Below are positions 12,801-27,350 of a DNA stretch of 64,000 nucleotides, one piece after another. A model generated the notes under the pieces. It saw nothing but the letters and a program-made list of their open reading frames with translations. It made no database searches and had not been told where the DNA came from. This DNA comes from Octopus bimaculoides (Eukaryota), in NCBI RefSeq assembly GCF_001194135.2, contig NC_068998.1:632186-696185 (forward strand), in the 5' to 3' direction. Made by a program: the position numbers and the translations under genes. The first letter of the stretch is position 1. The number at the start of each line of letters is the position of its first letter.

Positions 12801-14516
12801 CATGTACTATAGAAGGCATAGAAAATGGTTAATGAAATAGCAAAATATTGGATGTCCTTAATAAGAAGTCATAATATCAGAGATATTGTGTTGTTGTTGC
12901 TGTTGTGTCCGACATAAAGCACTGTTGTTGTTGCTGTTAGATGTGGTAAGTTCTTCAACAGAACTCTACATCTCTAGTGAACATAGTACCAGCACAGTAA
13001 AGTGGGTTGATCTGTGAGTTAGGACACAACACATATTGTTCCCTGACCATCCCAGCCCCTCTGAAGGCTGAAACATTGACTGAGAAAGATTTGGTAATGA
13101 CAAGCTAAGCAAGAACCTTATCTTAGTCTCTCTCAAGAATATTTGGTAGAAATAATTGGCATTCATAATCTCATATCTTTGATGTATAGTCAAGAGGTAT
13201 CTTTCTGTCTGTCTGTTTTCATGTTCAGGTACAAAAAACCCCCATTTTAGTATTCTTATGCAAGAATGTTCTTGACAGCGGTTGCAAAGTTTTGGTCAGC
13301 AAAGCCATTGTTGGGCTGCAGTCCAATGATAGCTAAGCTGGTCTGTCTCACTAGCTGGGTATCTACACACGCACATGTGCAGGATATTCTAGGCAGTGAT
13401 GTTCCATAGTGTTTTATCAGATGTGTAATACATTATCCAGTGTGACTTTCCTTTCCTTAAAAAGTATTGTGTGATCTGAGGGAAATTCAGTTGCTGTTTC
13501 TAGCAAGTCAACCCTGTAGAGATACCTTCTTTGACTTTTATAGATTTGTTCTGTTGCAATTGTTAACACTTACATGTTACTACTTTGGTGCTTTGTTTTT
13601 TTAAGTATTCTATCAGGTCACCCCTTAAATCAGCAATTCTTATCTCTAAAAATCTCCGATATTTCCCTGTCTGATAAAAATCGTTTTTCTAAACATCGTC
13701 CTTTCAGTGGCACAACAAATTCTATGAAGCGCTGCACAGTGTATTCATCTCAAAACTATTTCTGTTCATCATATTTGGAAACAATAAAATAAATGGAAAA
13801 AATTGCAAATACAATTCATCCAGAAAACTAATTAATTAGAATAATTAAGCTATCCAATTAAAATATTACCTGTTCTTGACTTATTTTCGTGATACTGATG
13901 TAAAAAAAAATTTATGAGTCAGAAACGAAAAGATTTGAAATTTGGCAAAAAGAAAAAAAAAATTGATAATGGGAATTTTTGAAATAGTTGTCAATATTTT
14001 GATCAAAATTTTTTGAAACATTATTATTATTATTGTTATTATTTTGTACAAGTTCCAATTGAGTTCCGTGCTTTTTATCTGAATTGCTGAAGAAACATCT
14101 TAATTAGTTGATGGGTTGATTCAGATCCACCGTCACCACTGTACCCCTCACTACACTGCCACTGTACCATCACCACTGCTGCCACTACCATTCAAATTGT
14201 CTATAAATGTTTTTTTTTCTTTCCCTATTCTGGTTTTTGTTGAAGAGATTCTTTACCTCATCTTTAATTAGACTCCCAACCCCAACCTCTCTCTAAGTAT
14301 TATACACAATCTGACGACAGTTTTTGTATATTGTGTTATTGTTATTGTGTAGCAATGATGTTAGCATTGTCATTACAATCATCATCATTATTGTCTTTTT
14401 ATTAGCAGCTTTTCCTATCTCAATGCTGAACAGAGAGCAATTATTGTATGTTAGTCCTATAGTAACATCTCCACAGTGTAAACAGTTCTCTTTATTTCGG
14501 CAATAATTATTAATAA

Positions 14517-14745
14517 AGCAGGGAATTAGCAGAATTGTTAAAGCATTGGATAAAGGGATTTGCAGTATTTCTTCCAGCTTCACATTCTGAGTTCAAATAC
14601 TGCTGAGGTCAATTTTGCCTTTCGTCCTTTTAGGTTTGATGAAATGAGAACCAGCCAAGTATTAGGTTTGATATAAATGGCTACCCCGCCCCCCCCCGAC
14701 TTTAAAATTGCTGGACTTGTACCAAAATTTGAAACCATTTTTTGT
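14517..14745 (+). mobile_element. Second SINE family copy (gagttcaaat...gaggtcaactttgcctttcatcc core)
   Basis: Shares its core with copies at about 20340-20570(-), 23090-23295(+), 31095-31330(-) and 42380-42585(-). Confidence 0.75.
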
Positions 14746-14946
14746 TGTTTTTATTATTATACATTACAATTGGCGAACAACTGTCAGTTACAAGTTTCCC
14801 AATAACCAGCTTCATGTGAAAATGACAAGGGAGTGCCTACAACTTGATACAGAACAAATATTTCAAGGACTCTGTAAAGCATACATTGGGTGAGAGGGGG
14901 GGGGGGCTCATGCTCATTTTTACATTCTCAGCCAATATACATTGCT

Positions 14947-14984
<38 letters not shown>

Positions 14985-17339
14985 ATGAATAAACTTTGTT
15001 TCTGTCTCCTAAATTCTACTCACAAAGATTTCGCCAACTTGAGCCTTCTATAGAAGGCACCTACCCAAGGCGGCACAGTGGGATTGAACCAGGGATCATG
15101 TGGTTCCAAAGTAAACTCCTTAACCATACAGCTCTGCTTCTGTTCTGAGCAGATCAAATTGCCATGTAGATGCCTCCTTGTTGATTCCCTAATTTCTAAT
15201 GTGAGAACCTTATTTCTTGGATTGATGCCGGCCCCTTATTTATAAGTAACAAACAGTCCCAGAATACAGTAGTAACACCATGAAGGACTTCTAAAACCAT
15301 TCTTGAAATATCACTTGATTTCAAGATGTTTTGTTGGTCATCTTTGGCATTTTTATTCTGTCAACCCCTGATTAATTGTTCTGCCTCTATTTTAACAATC
15401 CAGACATTAGTTTCACTTTGGTTTAACAATCCACTCTTTATTCACTGTTTAAGCAAATCCATTCTTTCCAGAATCTCTTCAGATTAATAATATTTCAGTC
15501 TTAAAAGACCCTTCCTCCATTTTGACAATCCATTCTTTATAGAATCAATGTTTTAATACTGAAATTCCAGACATTATTCTGACACATGTCATCGACTTTA
15601 ACAATTCTGTTATTATTTTCTTCATTTTCTCACCTTGCTGAACATACTTCACAACATCTTGAAATTCTCTTTTAATTTCAATTTTATTTATTTCAATTTT
15701 ATTATTTACTTTATTCACTTTGTATTTTTTTGAAAAGATTTTCATCGTTTTGTTTTTAATTTCTATATTTTGTTTTGCTTGAGAGAAGAAATTTTCCTGT
15801 TAAAAACCTTGAAATGACAGATAAAACAGAATTTTATTTGTTTCATGTTAATATTACATCATATGTACATGTCAGAGCAGATTGGAGTTTTAAAGATATT
15901 GCAGTGTTAAAAGTCACAAAAAATAAATTAAATAACACCATTGAGACTGTTGGCTGCATGAATGTGTCATCATCATCATCATCATTAGAAAACCATTTTT
16001 ATTAAAATATTTATCAACAACACATCAAACATAGTATAATGTCGTATTAAGTGAGATTTGCCTGTGATTTGATTTCAAATCCTACCAAAACTAACTTTGT
16101 CAGTCTTTCATTTGGTGGTAAAATGAACAACAGCCCAGCTCTCAACTTACTGGTGTTTATACATTGGTTTGCATCATTCAGGAATTAAATAAGTACCAGA
16201 CGTGTACTGGGGTGGATTTAATTGGCTGAAGCCGCCCTTACCACTATATCTGGTTATATGTCAATGTTGGAAGTCATGATAATAATACTTTACAAGTCAC
16301 AAGGGCAACAGAAATCTTTTTAGGAAATAAAAAGACAAAGGACAGAGGGGGGGTATGTAGAAACATGCGAACAATACAAAAAATAACAAGAAAATTTTAA
16401 CCACAAAATTCCCCAGAAACAGGGAATTTCCACAATAAAAGGAAAGGATTTCTCTAACCAAGACACTCCTAGATCTACTACAGCTTAGATACTCCTATGA
16501 CTTGTCTGGTTTTATCCAAGGGACACAACACGATGCTTATAGCAATTCACTATTTAGTCTTGCTATTTCCAGGGTTTAAGTTTTAAGTTGGGAGAAACCT
16601 TTTGTTTGCATATGTGAATGCAAATGTGTTGTTTAACGCCTGGTCAGTCCTTACTCAGCAAATCATCAAAGCAATTCCACTAATGACCATTTGTGAAACT
16701 AGGACAACATTATAGTTGCACCTTTTGTTATTATTTTTACTGAAAGGCAATTGAGGGAGCTTTCATTTGCTCTTTCTTAGATGTTCTCCAGTTGCAAGAG
16801 GGAGGCTTCTGTTCGCTTAAAATGTAAGTTTTTCATGTGTGGTTGTTATATATTAAAGAGAAACCAAAGAGTCTCTGCAACACACACACACACACTCAGA
16901 AGCCTGGTAGGTTGTTAAAACCAGGTTAATAGCAAGAGTAATTAGTCGTAAGGTGACTTATAAAGGTTGGACTTTGTTATTATCCTGAAATATGAGGTAA
17001 TCAAACAATAAAATTGTTTGGCAGCTGCAATCAATAACTATTGAACATCAGATTTGGATATGTGGTTTAGACGAACTGGCTTAATTGCTAATATACACAA
17101 TCATTTCAATGAAAACCTGATATATCAGAATATATCAGGTATCTTGTTTAATGATGTTTTCATTTCATTTCAGTTGTTTAAACAGGAAATAGCTACACCT
17201 TCTTCTACGGACATTGTCACAGTTTAGGTTTAGCTTTTCATTGAGGTTTTAGCTCCATTTCACACAGTCAGCAATAGATATCGAAATTGTAGATATTCAT
17301 CGGCAGAATTTGTAGTTGGTAAGATGATACAGTTTTAGA

Positions 17340-17738
17340 CTGCTAAATCAACTGTCAGTGGTTCATCTCCCAGCAGAGTGATTGCATTCATGTTTACAAA
17401 GACACAGCTGAGTTTGAAGCACCTCTGCCTCTCAAAATATTGTGAACAATCCATTGTCTTGTTGCCGTAAGCTTGCTGAAGCATGCTCAATGTCTCCATA
17501 GAAGACTTCCCAAGATCAGTGCAAAATTTCGTGTTAGCTCTTTGTTCTTGTCCATGACAAAATCGCAAACTACAGCAGACACACGTGATCACAAAAGTAC
17601 AACTTTCACAACTTGCAAAGTAAACACAACAATGTCACTCAGCACACTGCTTCATGGAGGTCACCGCGCATGCAACAGAGCTGCCATCTGTTGGCACATT
17701 ATAGAAACTAGTCTTGGAACTTTTTGATACCACCATGT
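17340..17738 (-). mobile_element. Mariner (Tc1/mariner) 5' remnant with one TIR and a decayed transposase N-terminus
   Basis: Minus-strand EQRANTKFCTDLGKSSMETLSMLQQAYG resembles the mariner HTH N-terminus. TIR-like aactagtcttggaactttttgataccacc at 17706-17734. No partner TIR found. Confidence 0.8.
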
Positions 17739-18121
17739 GCATATGTTTTATCTTGTGACAACCCCAGTGTGTTCCAGAAATAAAAGAGAGAAAGAAAGTC
17801 CTGTTCTAATGTTCATGGTATTAGAATGACTGAATGAGAGAAGAGCTTAACTGGTATTATTCCATCTGGCTTCTATAAAATGGTGGAGTTTTGCTTGGGG
17901 GCGATTTCACTCTTCCAATCTGGAGCAGGTCAAGTAGCTTCTTAAAACTATCAATGTTGACTGATGTTGCGTTCGTTAACCTTTGCGTCTATCACTAGCT
18001 TAATATTATTTTTGTTGTTAGTTCAATCATTTAATTGGATAAGATAATTTTCAGTTCACTAACTCTTAATGATACATATATACACATACATACCAGCGGG
18101 TGTGCATGTGTACATACATAC

Positions 18122-18161
<40 letters not shown>

Positions 18162-18419
18162 ATAGCCACACAGTATTTATTGATTTGATAAGCTTTTCAG
18201 TCAGCTAATTAAAAATACAGGAAGACTACTCTTGACTTACAATCTGAGGAGGGTGGGTGAGTTGTACACCCCACCTCTTGCTGTGATTATAGTATGAGGC
18301 TGCTGGTGGTGGGGATTTATACCCATCTCTTCTCTCATTATGATTACATCAGGATTATATGTCTGTTTCCTTCTAAGAGTCTGCTTTTAGAAACTAAACC
18401 AAATTTGAGCATTTTCTGT

Positions 18420-18625
18420 TACGTTCATATATTTTTATATATTTATCATGTATTTGGTACATATATTTTATATATATCCTGTTCTATATATTTTTATATA
18501 TATATCATGTTCTACATATTTATATATATATATATATATATATCATGTTCTACATATTTATATATATATATTTATATATATCATGTTCTACATATTTATA
18601 TATATATATATATATCATGTTCATG
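18420..18625. repeat. Minisatellite of tatcatgttctacatattt units separated by variable (TA)n
   Basis: About 5 visible copies of tcatgttctacatattta-like cores. Confidence 0.85.
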
Positions 18626-20339
18626 TATATATTTTTTATACATTATTATGCTATTTAATCTCCATTATCAAAACGTATTTATAAACACTAATTCCCAATC
18701 ATAATTTACAATATCCGATTAGATATTTTTTTGGTCCACTTTTATGAGTTGTTTTTTGTATTGTTTTCATAGACTTTAGTTTACAATCAGTTATTTTAAA
18801 ATAATTAATATATGAGAGAAATGTGTGTTGCACTGATGGGGATAAAGGTGTTCCAGCCATCACCATCCTGTCATTTTCTCAGGTATTGTGTATCTAGGAC
18901 TACAACACACAATGTCTCTCCTTTTTCAAAATAGTTGGGTACTCTGATTAGGGGTTAATTATTTCTTGCAGGTCAGGTAACCATGCAGCAGTTTCTATTG
19001 GTAGTGATGATGATGATGATATTGATGATGATGGAGATGGCAATAATGTTGAAGAGATTCAATTTTATTTCTTTTGTTTAGATTTGTATTAAATAGTGCT
19101 GTGTTCTTTACAACACTTGAATGAAACAACAGCAACAACAAAGAGAACTAATATCTGCTTCGATCTTAAAGAACATGTTTTGGTGATGACAGTTTTGATC
19201 TCACTGCACTCATCAAATTCCTCCATCTTCTGCCTCATTCTCTCTGATGGTGGCAGCAGTGGAGGTGGTGACAACAACAGTGATGTTGTTGGTAGTGGTG
19301 GTGATGATGATGAATACCGAATTAAAAAGATTTATATGCACTCATTCCAAAATGGATAACTTATTTGCTGTGATTTAGACCCAAATCAAGCACCATCTCC
19401 CATTATAAGTGCATTAATTATTAACTGAGATAAAATGTTAAGTTTCAAGCTGTTGTTAATGAGTGAATATTATGGAGTATCAAGTTAAAATCATGCTGAA
19501 TATCTTGGAGTACCATGGTACTTCAAGATATTCTTCAGAACTTGAACCAAATTGAAGCTGCTGCTAATCATGTTCAGAGAATCATCCACTACCATCTTAT
19601 ACTTTCAGGGTTTTGGGTTTTATTTTCTAAAGAAACAAACTAGTTAATTCTTGTCTACCAAAGTAAGTTATCAATAAAAATGTGTCTAGAATATTTCCTC
19701 CACGTTCAAATAGTTACAAAATATACATAAAAATAATTATTACAAAAATCTTGGGTTTATCAGAAATATTTCCTCATTGTTAAACCTAATTTCAAAATGG
19801 ATTTTTTTTTTTTTCTTGTTTCAAAATTTTAAAAATCTACTCAATAATTAATACTTATTGAATATTCATTGGATTTGTCAAAAATTGTAATTTAATACAT
19901 TATGAACATTTTTAATTAAAAATTGGTAATTAATTCAATCTCAAACTTGATAATATCACATCTATTTACTCTCTTCATGTGATTATTATTGATTTCTGGT
20001 GAGGAGCATATTGCTGTAGGTGTAGAGTTTGTAAAGACTGGTTCTATTCCCAGATAAGGCAGCAAGAGGGTGATGACACACTGTACAAGAAAATTACTAA
20101 CAGTGTGTGTTTGGCCGTTAGGGTTGCATAAAACCAAGTGAGGAGAAATGAGATGGAAATATATAACACAGTATACAAAATATGTGAATACATGGATAAT
20201 GCAGTCTTCCTGATACAGGAGAGCTTCCAGTCAATCAAGGAGTCCTATAGATCACCTTGATAGCACTAGCAGAGTAGAATATATTTAGAAATTATCTACT
20301 CTAATCCCTGGCCTGAAAATCCTCCAGAAGAGACCAACC

Positions 20340-20371
<32 letters not shown>

Positions 20372-20570
20372 AGTTTCTAAAGAAGGTACAAGTTCAAAAT
20401 TTGGTGAAGGGGAGTAGTTGATTAAATTAACCCCAGTACTTGACTGGTACTTTATAGATCCAAGAAGGATGAGAGACAAAGTTGACCTCCGTGGAAATTG
20501 ATCTCACAATATAAAGAATTGGAACAAATGCCGTAAAGCATTTTATCCGATGCTTTAATGATTTTACCAG
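20340..20570 (-). mobile_element. SINE copy with (AAT)n tail
   Basis: Reverse-complement match to the 14517-14745 family, with the (ATA)n tail at the left end. Confidence 0.75.
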
Positions 20571-20706
20571 TTTTTGCAAATGACAGAGCAGAACAGCAAA
20601 TCAATTTAAAACGCTTGATTTATATTCTGGTATCCCACAATTCCAAGTTCAACTTCCAGCAGAGTTGGGCTTCAGTTTATGTCCTGGTTCTGTCTTAGAC
20701 TGTAGA

Positions 20707-20756
<50 letters not shown>

Positions 20757-23700
20757 AAGAAATAAACACAGTAATATCCAGCGCTCAAATCACTAAATCA
20801 ATTAAACTATATAATCCAGTAATTAGTGAATTGATATCAGTAATCAAATTATGTCCATCTACTGACACAAAATGTCATCTTTGTATCCTAGAAATGAAAT
20901 ATATTTAAATTGAAGATTAATGGAACAGAAAGTAATGAAGCAACAGGTAAAGGATGACTTGATTGATTGATGTACAACTGATGAATGAGTGGTGGGCATG
21001 ATAGGGAGTGGTTGTGTGTATGTGTGTGTAGAAGCAAGTGGTTATAATAGGGTGTGACTGTGTGTGCATGGGAAATTGGCTGCATATGTGTGTCTGGGAT
21101 TTATACATTGTTTATAAAGATGAAATTGATAGTCTGAGCTAGTCACAGCTTATTACTAATTAATTAAGCATGGATTCAGTTAATTACCAAATCAAGTCTC
21201 CAGTAATTAACTCAAACCATTTATCATTAATGTCATAAACTTCAATTTAATCAGGAAACTTAAAATTCAATCAAAGTTGAAAAAAATTGTCAAATATTCC
21301 TTATTGTCTTAATAACATAAAAGACAGTGAAATGTGAGAGGAGATGGAATAACTTGCAGTGATTGTTGCAAGTCTCTGCACTCCAAGTTCAAATCTCACT
21401 GAAGTCAACTTTGCCTTTCATCCTATCACCAGATTCCTTGTCCTAGCAAGAAATGGGACCCTCAAGATCCAACTAAATAGGGATAGGCTTCTAATGATAG
21501 ACAGGAGGAGGCGGTGGCATGTAGTAATGCAAAATGAGACTAAGCGGTCTTACACCAAAGAAATTATCTCAAGATATTCTATAAGATACTGTGGTTGGTA
21601 TGGTACTTTAGCGACTTCATTTACTGAGACAACTTTAATATAGATATAGTAATAATATTGATGGTTATGTGAAGGTAGGTGGCCCAGTGGTTGGGATGTT
21701 AAGCTCATAGTCATAAGGTTCTGGGTTCAATTCCAGGATTGAGTGGCACATTGTGTCGTTGAGCAATGTATTTGATACTGAGTTGTTCCAATTTACTTAG
21801 AAGGAATCAATATATATAAGATGACTCATCATTTGAGGCAAGTTTAAGAATCAACGTGTGTGTGTGTGTGTGTGTACATATATGTTCATCTGAGGCAACC
21901 TTAATAATCAGTAATTATATCGAGATCCTTCATTTGATTGAATTCTAGTTTCGCTAAAGAAATTTTGATGAAAGAATTTTAGGCATCATTTTTTTTTTTT
22001 TTTTTTCGTTGGAACCAAACTAAAGTTTGTTCATTTATTCATGTTTGTAAAATGAAAAACAAGTTTGAAAGATAGCCGCTTTATTAAATTTACAATTAAT
22101 AGCATTAAATTCACAAGTTCAAAGTTTAACTCAAAATAGACTGTAAGACTCCCTCACTGGAAATGTTTGTTTTAATTTTTCTTTTCCTTATCCTAACCGT
22201 ATTTCTGGTGATAGTTATTTCTTTACACTAACATAAAAGAACTGGATAGGGTTGAATATTTTGCAGATTAACATACAACAAACCTTTTATAGGCTAACAT
22301 AGATTTTTAGAACCATCTTTTTAATGTGTTGCATTCATTTGCAATATACAACTGGTATCTATCGTTTTGAGCTTAGAAAGATAAAAGATCAAGATTAACT
22401 CTTTCAGGATTTGAACTCAGAATATTAACAAACCAACCCAGTAACTAATTCAGCTGACTTCATGCCTATTTGCCATTTTCTCTAAAGAAAACTGTTTATT
22501 TGTGAAGATTTCTTCAAACTGTTATTTCTGTAATGATGTTTTATGGGAAAACCAACCCCCTAAAACTACCTCATCAATCATATATAGACAGATTTATTAA
22601 GCTAATGGATTTTGCTTTATTTTCTTTGTCAGAATATAGATTATTATCAAACAACTTACGCTATTGTATAAACTGTGTGTACAGAGCTGTTTCTTATTGC
22701 TACTGATGTGTCGATATTAGCAGTTTAACATAACATCACTGCCGTTACATAATAGCATTATTGGTTTAGCCATAAGTTTATTTTATTAACTTAATACTTT
22801 CCTAAATTTGAATCCATTGTTTGTGTCAGAAACTGACTTCATTTAAATAACTCCAATACAATTAGACTGAAATGAAACCCATTACATGATGCTTGTCCCC
22901 TCTTCTTCCTCTTCCCAAATGGATGAAAGGCATCTACAATGATAGTTGGTTGGTGGTATTCAATTGTTGGGTTGTTGAAATCCCTCAAAATTTTTCTTTT
23001 ACTAGTTTCATTTAAATTACACATGCTTCTACAATCTGTCTAAAGTGTTGCATCCAATTTTTCACAAACTAACCAATTTACTACTACTTTTAAGACAGCA
23101 AAGCTGGTTGACTCATGAGCATGCTGGTATTTTGTTTGTCTTTATTTTCTGAATTCAAATATTGTTGAAGTTAGTCTTGCTTTTCATCCTTTCAGGGTTG
23201 ATAAAATAAGTACCAGTTGATCATTAGGGTCAACATAATTGACTAGCCCCTTCCTAGAAATTTCAGGCCTTGTACCCTTTAGTATAAGGAATTATTTATT
23301 TACTTTGTTTAGCCATTAAGGTAATACAAAGCTGCACACTAGACTAAACTATCAAATCCTTTAGGCTGAGTTAATAGGGTTGCATCATTTTTGTTGAGGA
23401 GCAGTAGGAAGGGCCAGTGGAAGTACCAGCTAAAGGACTTCATTCATTAAAGGACCAGGGAATAACATTGTTATTTCTTAACTCCACAGAATTGGTTGTA
23501 TAATTTCAAATTCTACACAATTATCTTTACCATTGTTAGAATCTTGCTAATGAAGATGTTAAATATGGCAGAACATGCTGGTAGTATGTATGTGAGAGCA
23601 CAGGTGCAGGAGTGGCTGTGTGGTAAGATGTTTACTTCCCAACTACGTGGTTCTGAGTTCAGTCCCACTCCATAGCAATAATATCTTGAGTGTAGTACAG

Positions 23701-24439
23701 GACTTGGAGTGATTCCAGTACATTCCATCCACCAAGATGTCAATAAGTGAAGATCACATATTCCAGTATCCTTAGAGTGTTGAATTATCAGTTCTGTTTT
23801 TTTTTTTTAAATTCTATCTGAGATGGTGGTCAGAATATTGTCAGATTGTTATTGTATGGCACTGACCCAATAATATTGCTGTTGCTGCTGCTACTACTAC
23901 TACTACTACACCTATTGTTGCTGCAAGTCAGCTCCAATGGTTTATCAATCCTTCAGTGATTTTATTGTTGTCTTGACAACACATTTTTGTACTTTTGATT
24001 TTTGGCTGAAGTTATTGACTTCCTCTTACGGAATTAATCTTGTGGGTGTGGGTGGATTGACAAATTCCTAATCTTCCCTAAATATATAAGTCCTTCATTT
24101 CAAAAATTTGTCTTCTTACATTCCTAATGCTTCATCTCAATATACAGACAGAATTAAACCAGTATAGCCAACCTGATACACACACACACACACACATCGT
24201 GATCCTGTTCATTCATTGTGTACATAATCATGTTTATGGAATAAAGCCACTGTAGCCAGTCTGGTGAATAACAAGGTTCACCAATGTGAGCAATATGCTG
24301 GTATCATCCGCCTTTTTTGGAAAATTAATTTTCTTGTTCGAAGGTGATGAAATCATGAATACTCTTATTTACTTTATAATTAATTTCTAATTAACTTCAG
24401 ATAAATTTCTTCAGTCTCTTTTTATCCTCTCTTATCTAG

Positions 24440-24631
24440 GGTTTATTACAAGCCCATGATGTTGTTGCTCATGAAGTCTATGGTGAAGAAGCTATTCGAG
24501 TGACCCCGCCCCCAGAACAACCATACATGAATGGCGATGCTGATGCCGACAGTTCCGATGGGGACATAGACATGGAGAATGTCACCCGGGTTCGACTGGT
24601 TCAATTTCAAAAAAATGCAGACGAACCAATG
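24440..24631 (+). CDS. CASK: CASK exon: end of second L27 domain, linker, first PDZ strand ([64 protein letters not shown])
   Basis: 192 nt, phase 0-0, ctag| acceptor and |gtaagt donor. Translation closely matches recalled human [29 protein letters not shown]...[21 protein letters not shown]. Confidence 0.97.
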
Positions 24632-25585
24632 GTAAGTTGTTAAATCAGCTGAAAAGATTTAATTTCGTTTCTACATTTCGGTTTTTGTTTTTAACTGAAA
24701 GAATTGTCTTTAAATATAACTATTGCAGTTTTCTTATTAAAGAAAATTATTTTCTTGGAAAATTTTTTAAAAACAATCCACCATAATAATTAAAGTAATC
24801 ACAGTGGTGGTGGTGAGATGGATTAAAACATCTTTACTCATTAATTAGAAACAAAGGTTCAAAGTCCAACTCCAAACTGGCTGAAGTGGGGGGGGGGATA
24901 CAGATTCAGAAATCTGATATTTGATGACAAGAGACCAAGCAAATTGAAATATTAACAGATGAGATTAATAGCCAGTGAAATCTTAATTACTGAGATAATT
25001 CATCTCAGAAGTTTAGACATGTAATTAACAATTACTGAGCACCTGCTCTCTCGACTAAGGACCATCAACCCTCCAAATTCTTTTACAATAAAACTAAATA
25101 TATTCTTACATTGCTTCGTACTTTATGTGATTATAAGTGAATAGATTCTTCGTTTTCTTAGAATGGTTCATTTTAGGAAAGGCATCCTTCATAGCTGTAG
25201 GGTTTACAAGTTTGCTTTTCAACCATACAGTTTCAGGTTCAGTCCCACTACACAGTACCTTGGATATCTTTACTGTTATAGCTGCTGGTTGATCATTGCC
25301 TTGAGAGTAGATTTAGGCTTCCTAGAGTATGAACTTCTACAGAGCTGTAAAAGAAGGCACTTGTCCAAAGTACCCTGAAGTGGCACTCAATCAAAAATCA
25401 TGTGATTGAAGGATTAACTTGTGTTTATCTGGGTTCTATAAAATATGTTACCAAATTTAATCAACTACATTTCTCACATTAAAGTTGGGACCAAATACCA
25501 GAATTGAGTACTACCATTGTTGTTGTTACCATTATTTTTCATATACTACAGTTAAAGATTATTTTCATCATTATTATAATTTCAG

Positions 25586-25664
25586 GGTATTACCTTAAAA
25601 GTAAATGAAGAGGGCCGTTGCTTAGTGGCACGAATCATGCATGGTGGCATGATTCATCGGCAAG
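25586..25664 (+). CDS. CASK: CASK PDZ exon ([27 protein letters not shown])
   Basis: 79 nt, phase 0-1, ttcag| and |gtatgt. Matches [28 protein letters not shown]. Confidence 0.97.
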
Positions 25665-27129
25665 GTATGTCATCTTTAATTCCAACATTTTTACATTTGA
25701 TCCCTCCCTCTCTGCATCTGCCATTAAGAACATCACATATTCTTCACAAGGAATTATTAGATTTATTGCCAGTGTGTATATGTGCATGCAGGTACGTGTA
25801 CATGTATGCCACATGTGCATGTGTCTATGCATGTGCCTCACATAATATTTCCAAATTCAGAATCACATAAGAGTTGGTTCCATTCTAGACATTGCCCCAC
25901 CTCATTGTAGAACAGCTCCTCACACATCTGGAGATTACACGTACACACAAACACACACACTGATGTTTCAGGAGTATGAGAAAAGGATGAATCTCTGAAG
26001 ATATTGATATTAAAACAAAAGGAAACAGTGGACCAACAATTTGTTGTCTCAACATGGTGACAAGAAATGTTTCTGGTTAACTGATTTAATAAACCAAAGC
26101 TCATAAGATTGAGTTCTTGTTTCTTGACAGTTGTCAGGATGTTGGTTCAACTTATTCGGGAATACTTATTTGAAAGATAGTTTTGGAATTACCTAATCAA
26201 CACCCTGCACAAAATATATGGAGAGGAAATTAATTTTTTCCCTAATTTCTTAGACAAACAGAAAATATATGTCAACCTGGCTTTCCTGATGCAAAAGTCA
26301 CCATCAATAAATAATTAGAGCCAAAATCTCTCTCAGCAAACCATTTTCATCTTAAGAATTTTTCTTTTCTTTTTGCTTGTGTCTTTTATGGTTTCTGTTA
26401 TTTAGGTGACCTGTTTTGGTATTTCAAATTAAGATTCTTCAGTCTATAATTCAGACTTCAAAGAAATATTTCCTTCCAGTAAGATTGAATTGGCAGAAAT
26501 GGCAAAAACATTGTTCTTCATATTTCCTGAGTTGGCTGATCAAATCACAGAGATTCGCAATGATTTTCCAAAACGATCAACACTTAGTAATATCCGTCTG
26601 TTATTCAAGGCATCTGCTGGGTTTCCTTCCCAATCATATGGCTTCAGAGTCAGTTCTACTGCACAGCTCTTTGGGAAAGTGTCTTTTGCTATAGCCCTGT
26701 ATTGACCAAAGCCTTGTAAGTGGATTTGGTAGATGGAAACTGAAAGAAGCCCATTGTTGTATGTATGTGTGTATGTAAGTATGAATGTAGATGAGTGTCC
26801 CTCGACTTGACATCACACAATATTTGTAAAGAAATGTCATTGCCATAGAAGTAGCATTGTTTGTTTATGATCCTCCATGAAAATGTGTCCAGCCATAGAG
26901 AAATATTTCCTTAATTGAAAACAGGTAAAGTTTGGCAACAGAAAGGGGACCCAGCTGTAGAAAATCTACTTCAACAAATTCCATCTAACCAATGCAAGCT
27001 GGGAAAAGTGGATGTTAAAATGATGATGATGATGATATTAATTATATTTGGTCTCTTTATTCAAAACTAATTTTGTACTAATTCAATGAAGAGTTATCTC
27101 CTCTGTAATTGTCACCACCATAGCCATGA

Positions 27130-27350
27130 GGTCAAGGTGTTTCTTTTCACTTGCTGGGTGAGGTGGAAGGGGCAGTGCTAAAGGTGCTGGGGTGGGTGGG
27201 TGTTCTCTGACTCAAGAGATTGCTGCAAAACTGATGCACAAATATTTTTATATTGTGCAGTGGAGCAGCGCATTGTGCTTCTTTGGTCACCAAAGAATGG
27301 GGGAACTGGGTCAGGTAAAGGTTACAGTTGGGGTTAGAAGAAAACATTGG
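27130..27350 (-). mobile_element. Possible very old CR1/L2-like LINE fragment
   Basis: Minus-strand KIFVHQFCSNLL...PTHPSTF loosely resembles the EN-RT linker of CR1/L2 elements. Weak. Confidence 0.25.

Noticed and set aside
12941-12945. 5-nt microexon ATGTG between ttag and gtaagt
   Set aside because: Frameshifting; the acceptor is a (TTG)n simple repeat rather than a true pyrimidine tract.
16781-16823. Exon-like 43-nt segment (tctttcttag|...|gtaagt)
   Set aside because: Not frame-preserving, no CASK similarity, and it lies in sequence resembling a dispersed repeat also seen near 13480 and 38590.
20054-20131. IRQQEGDDTLYKKITNS resembling the CASK L27 linker LYDKINTKS
   Set aside because: The match is short, the frame stops after 25 codons, there is no good donor, and no flanking L27 residues match.
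23606-23680. tRNA gene
   Set aside because: A/B-box-like sequence only, continuous with the SINE family consensus. I could not form a cloverleaf.
25783-25833. Three TGCATG (RBFOX) motifs downstream of the PDZ exon
   Set aside because: They sit in degenerate (TG)/(CA) microsatellite, where the hexamer is frequent by chance in this window.
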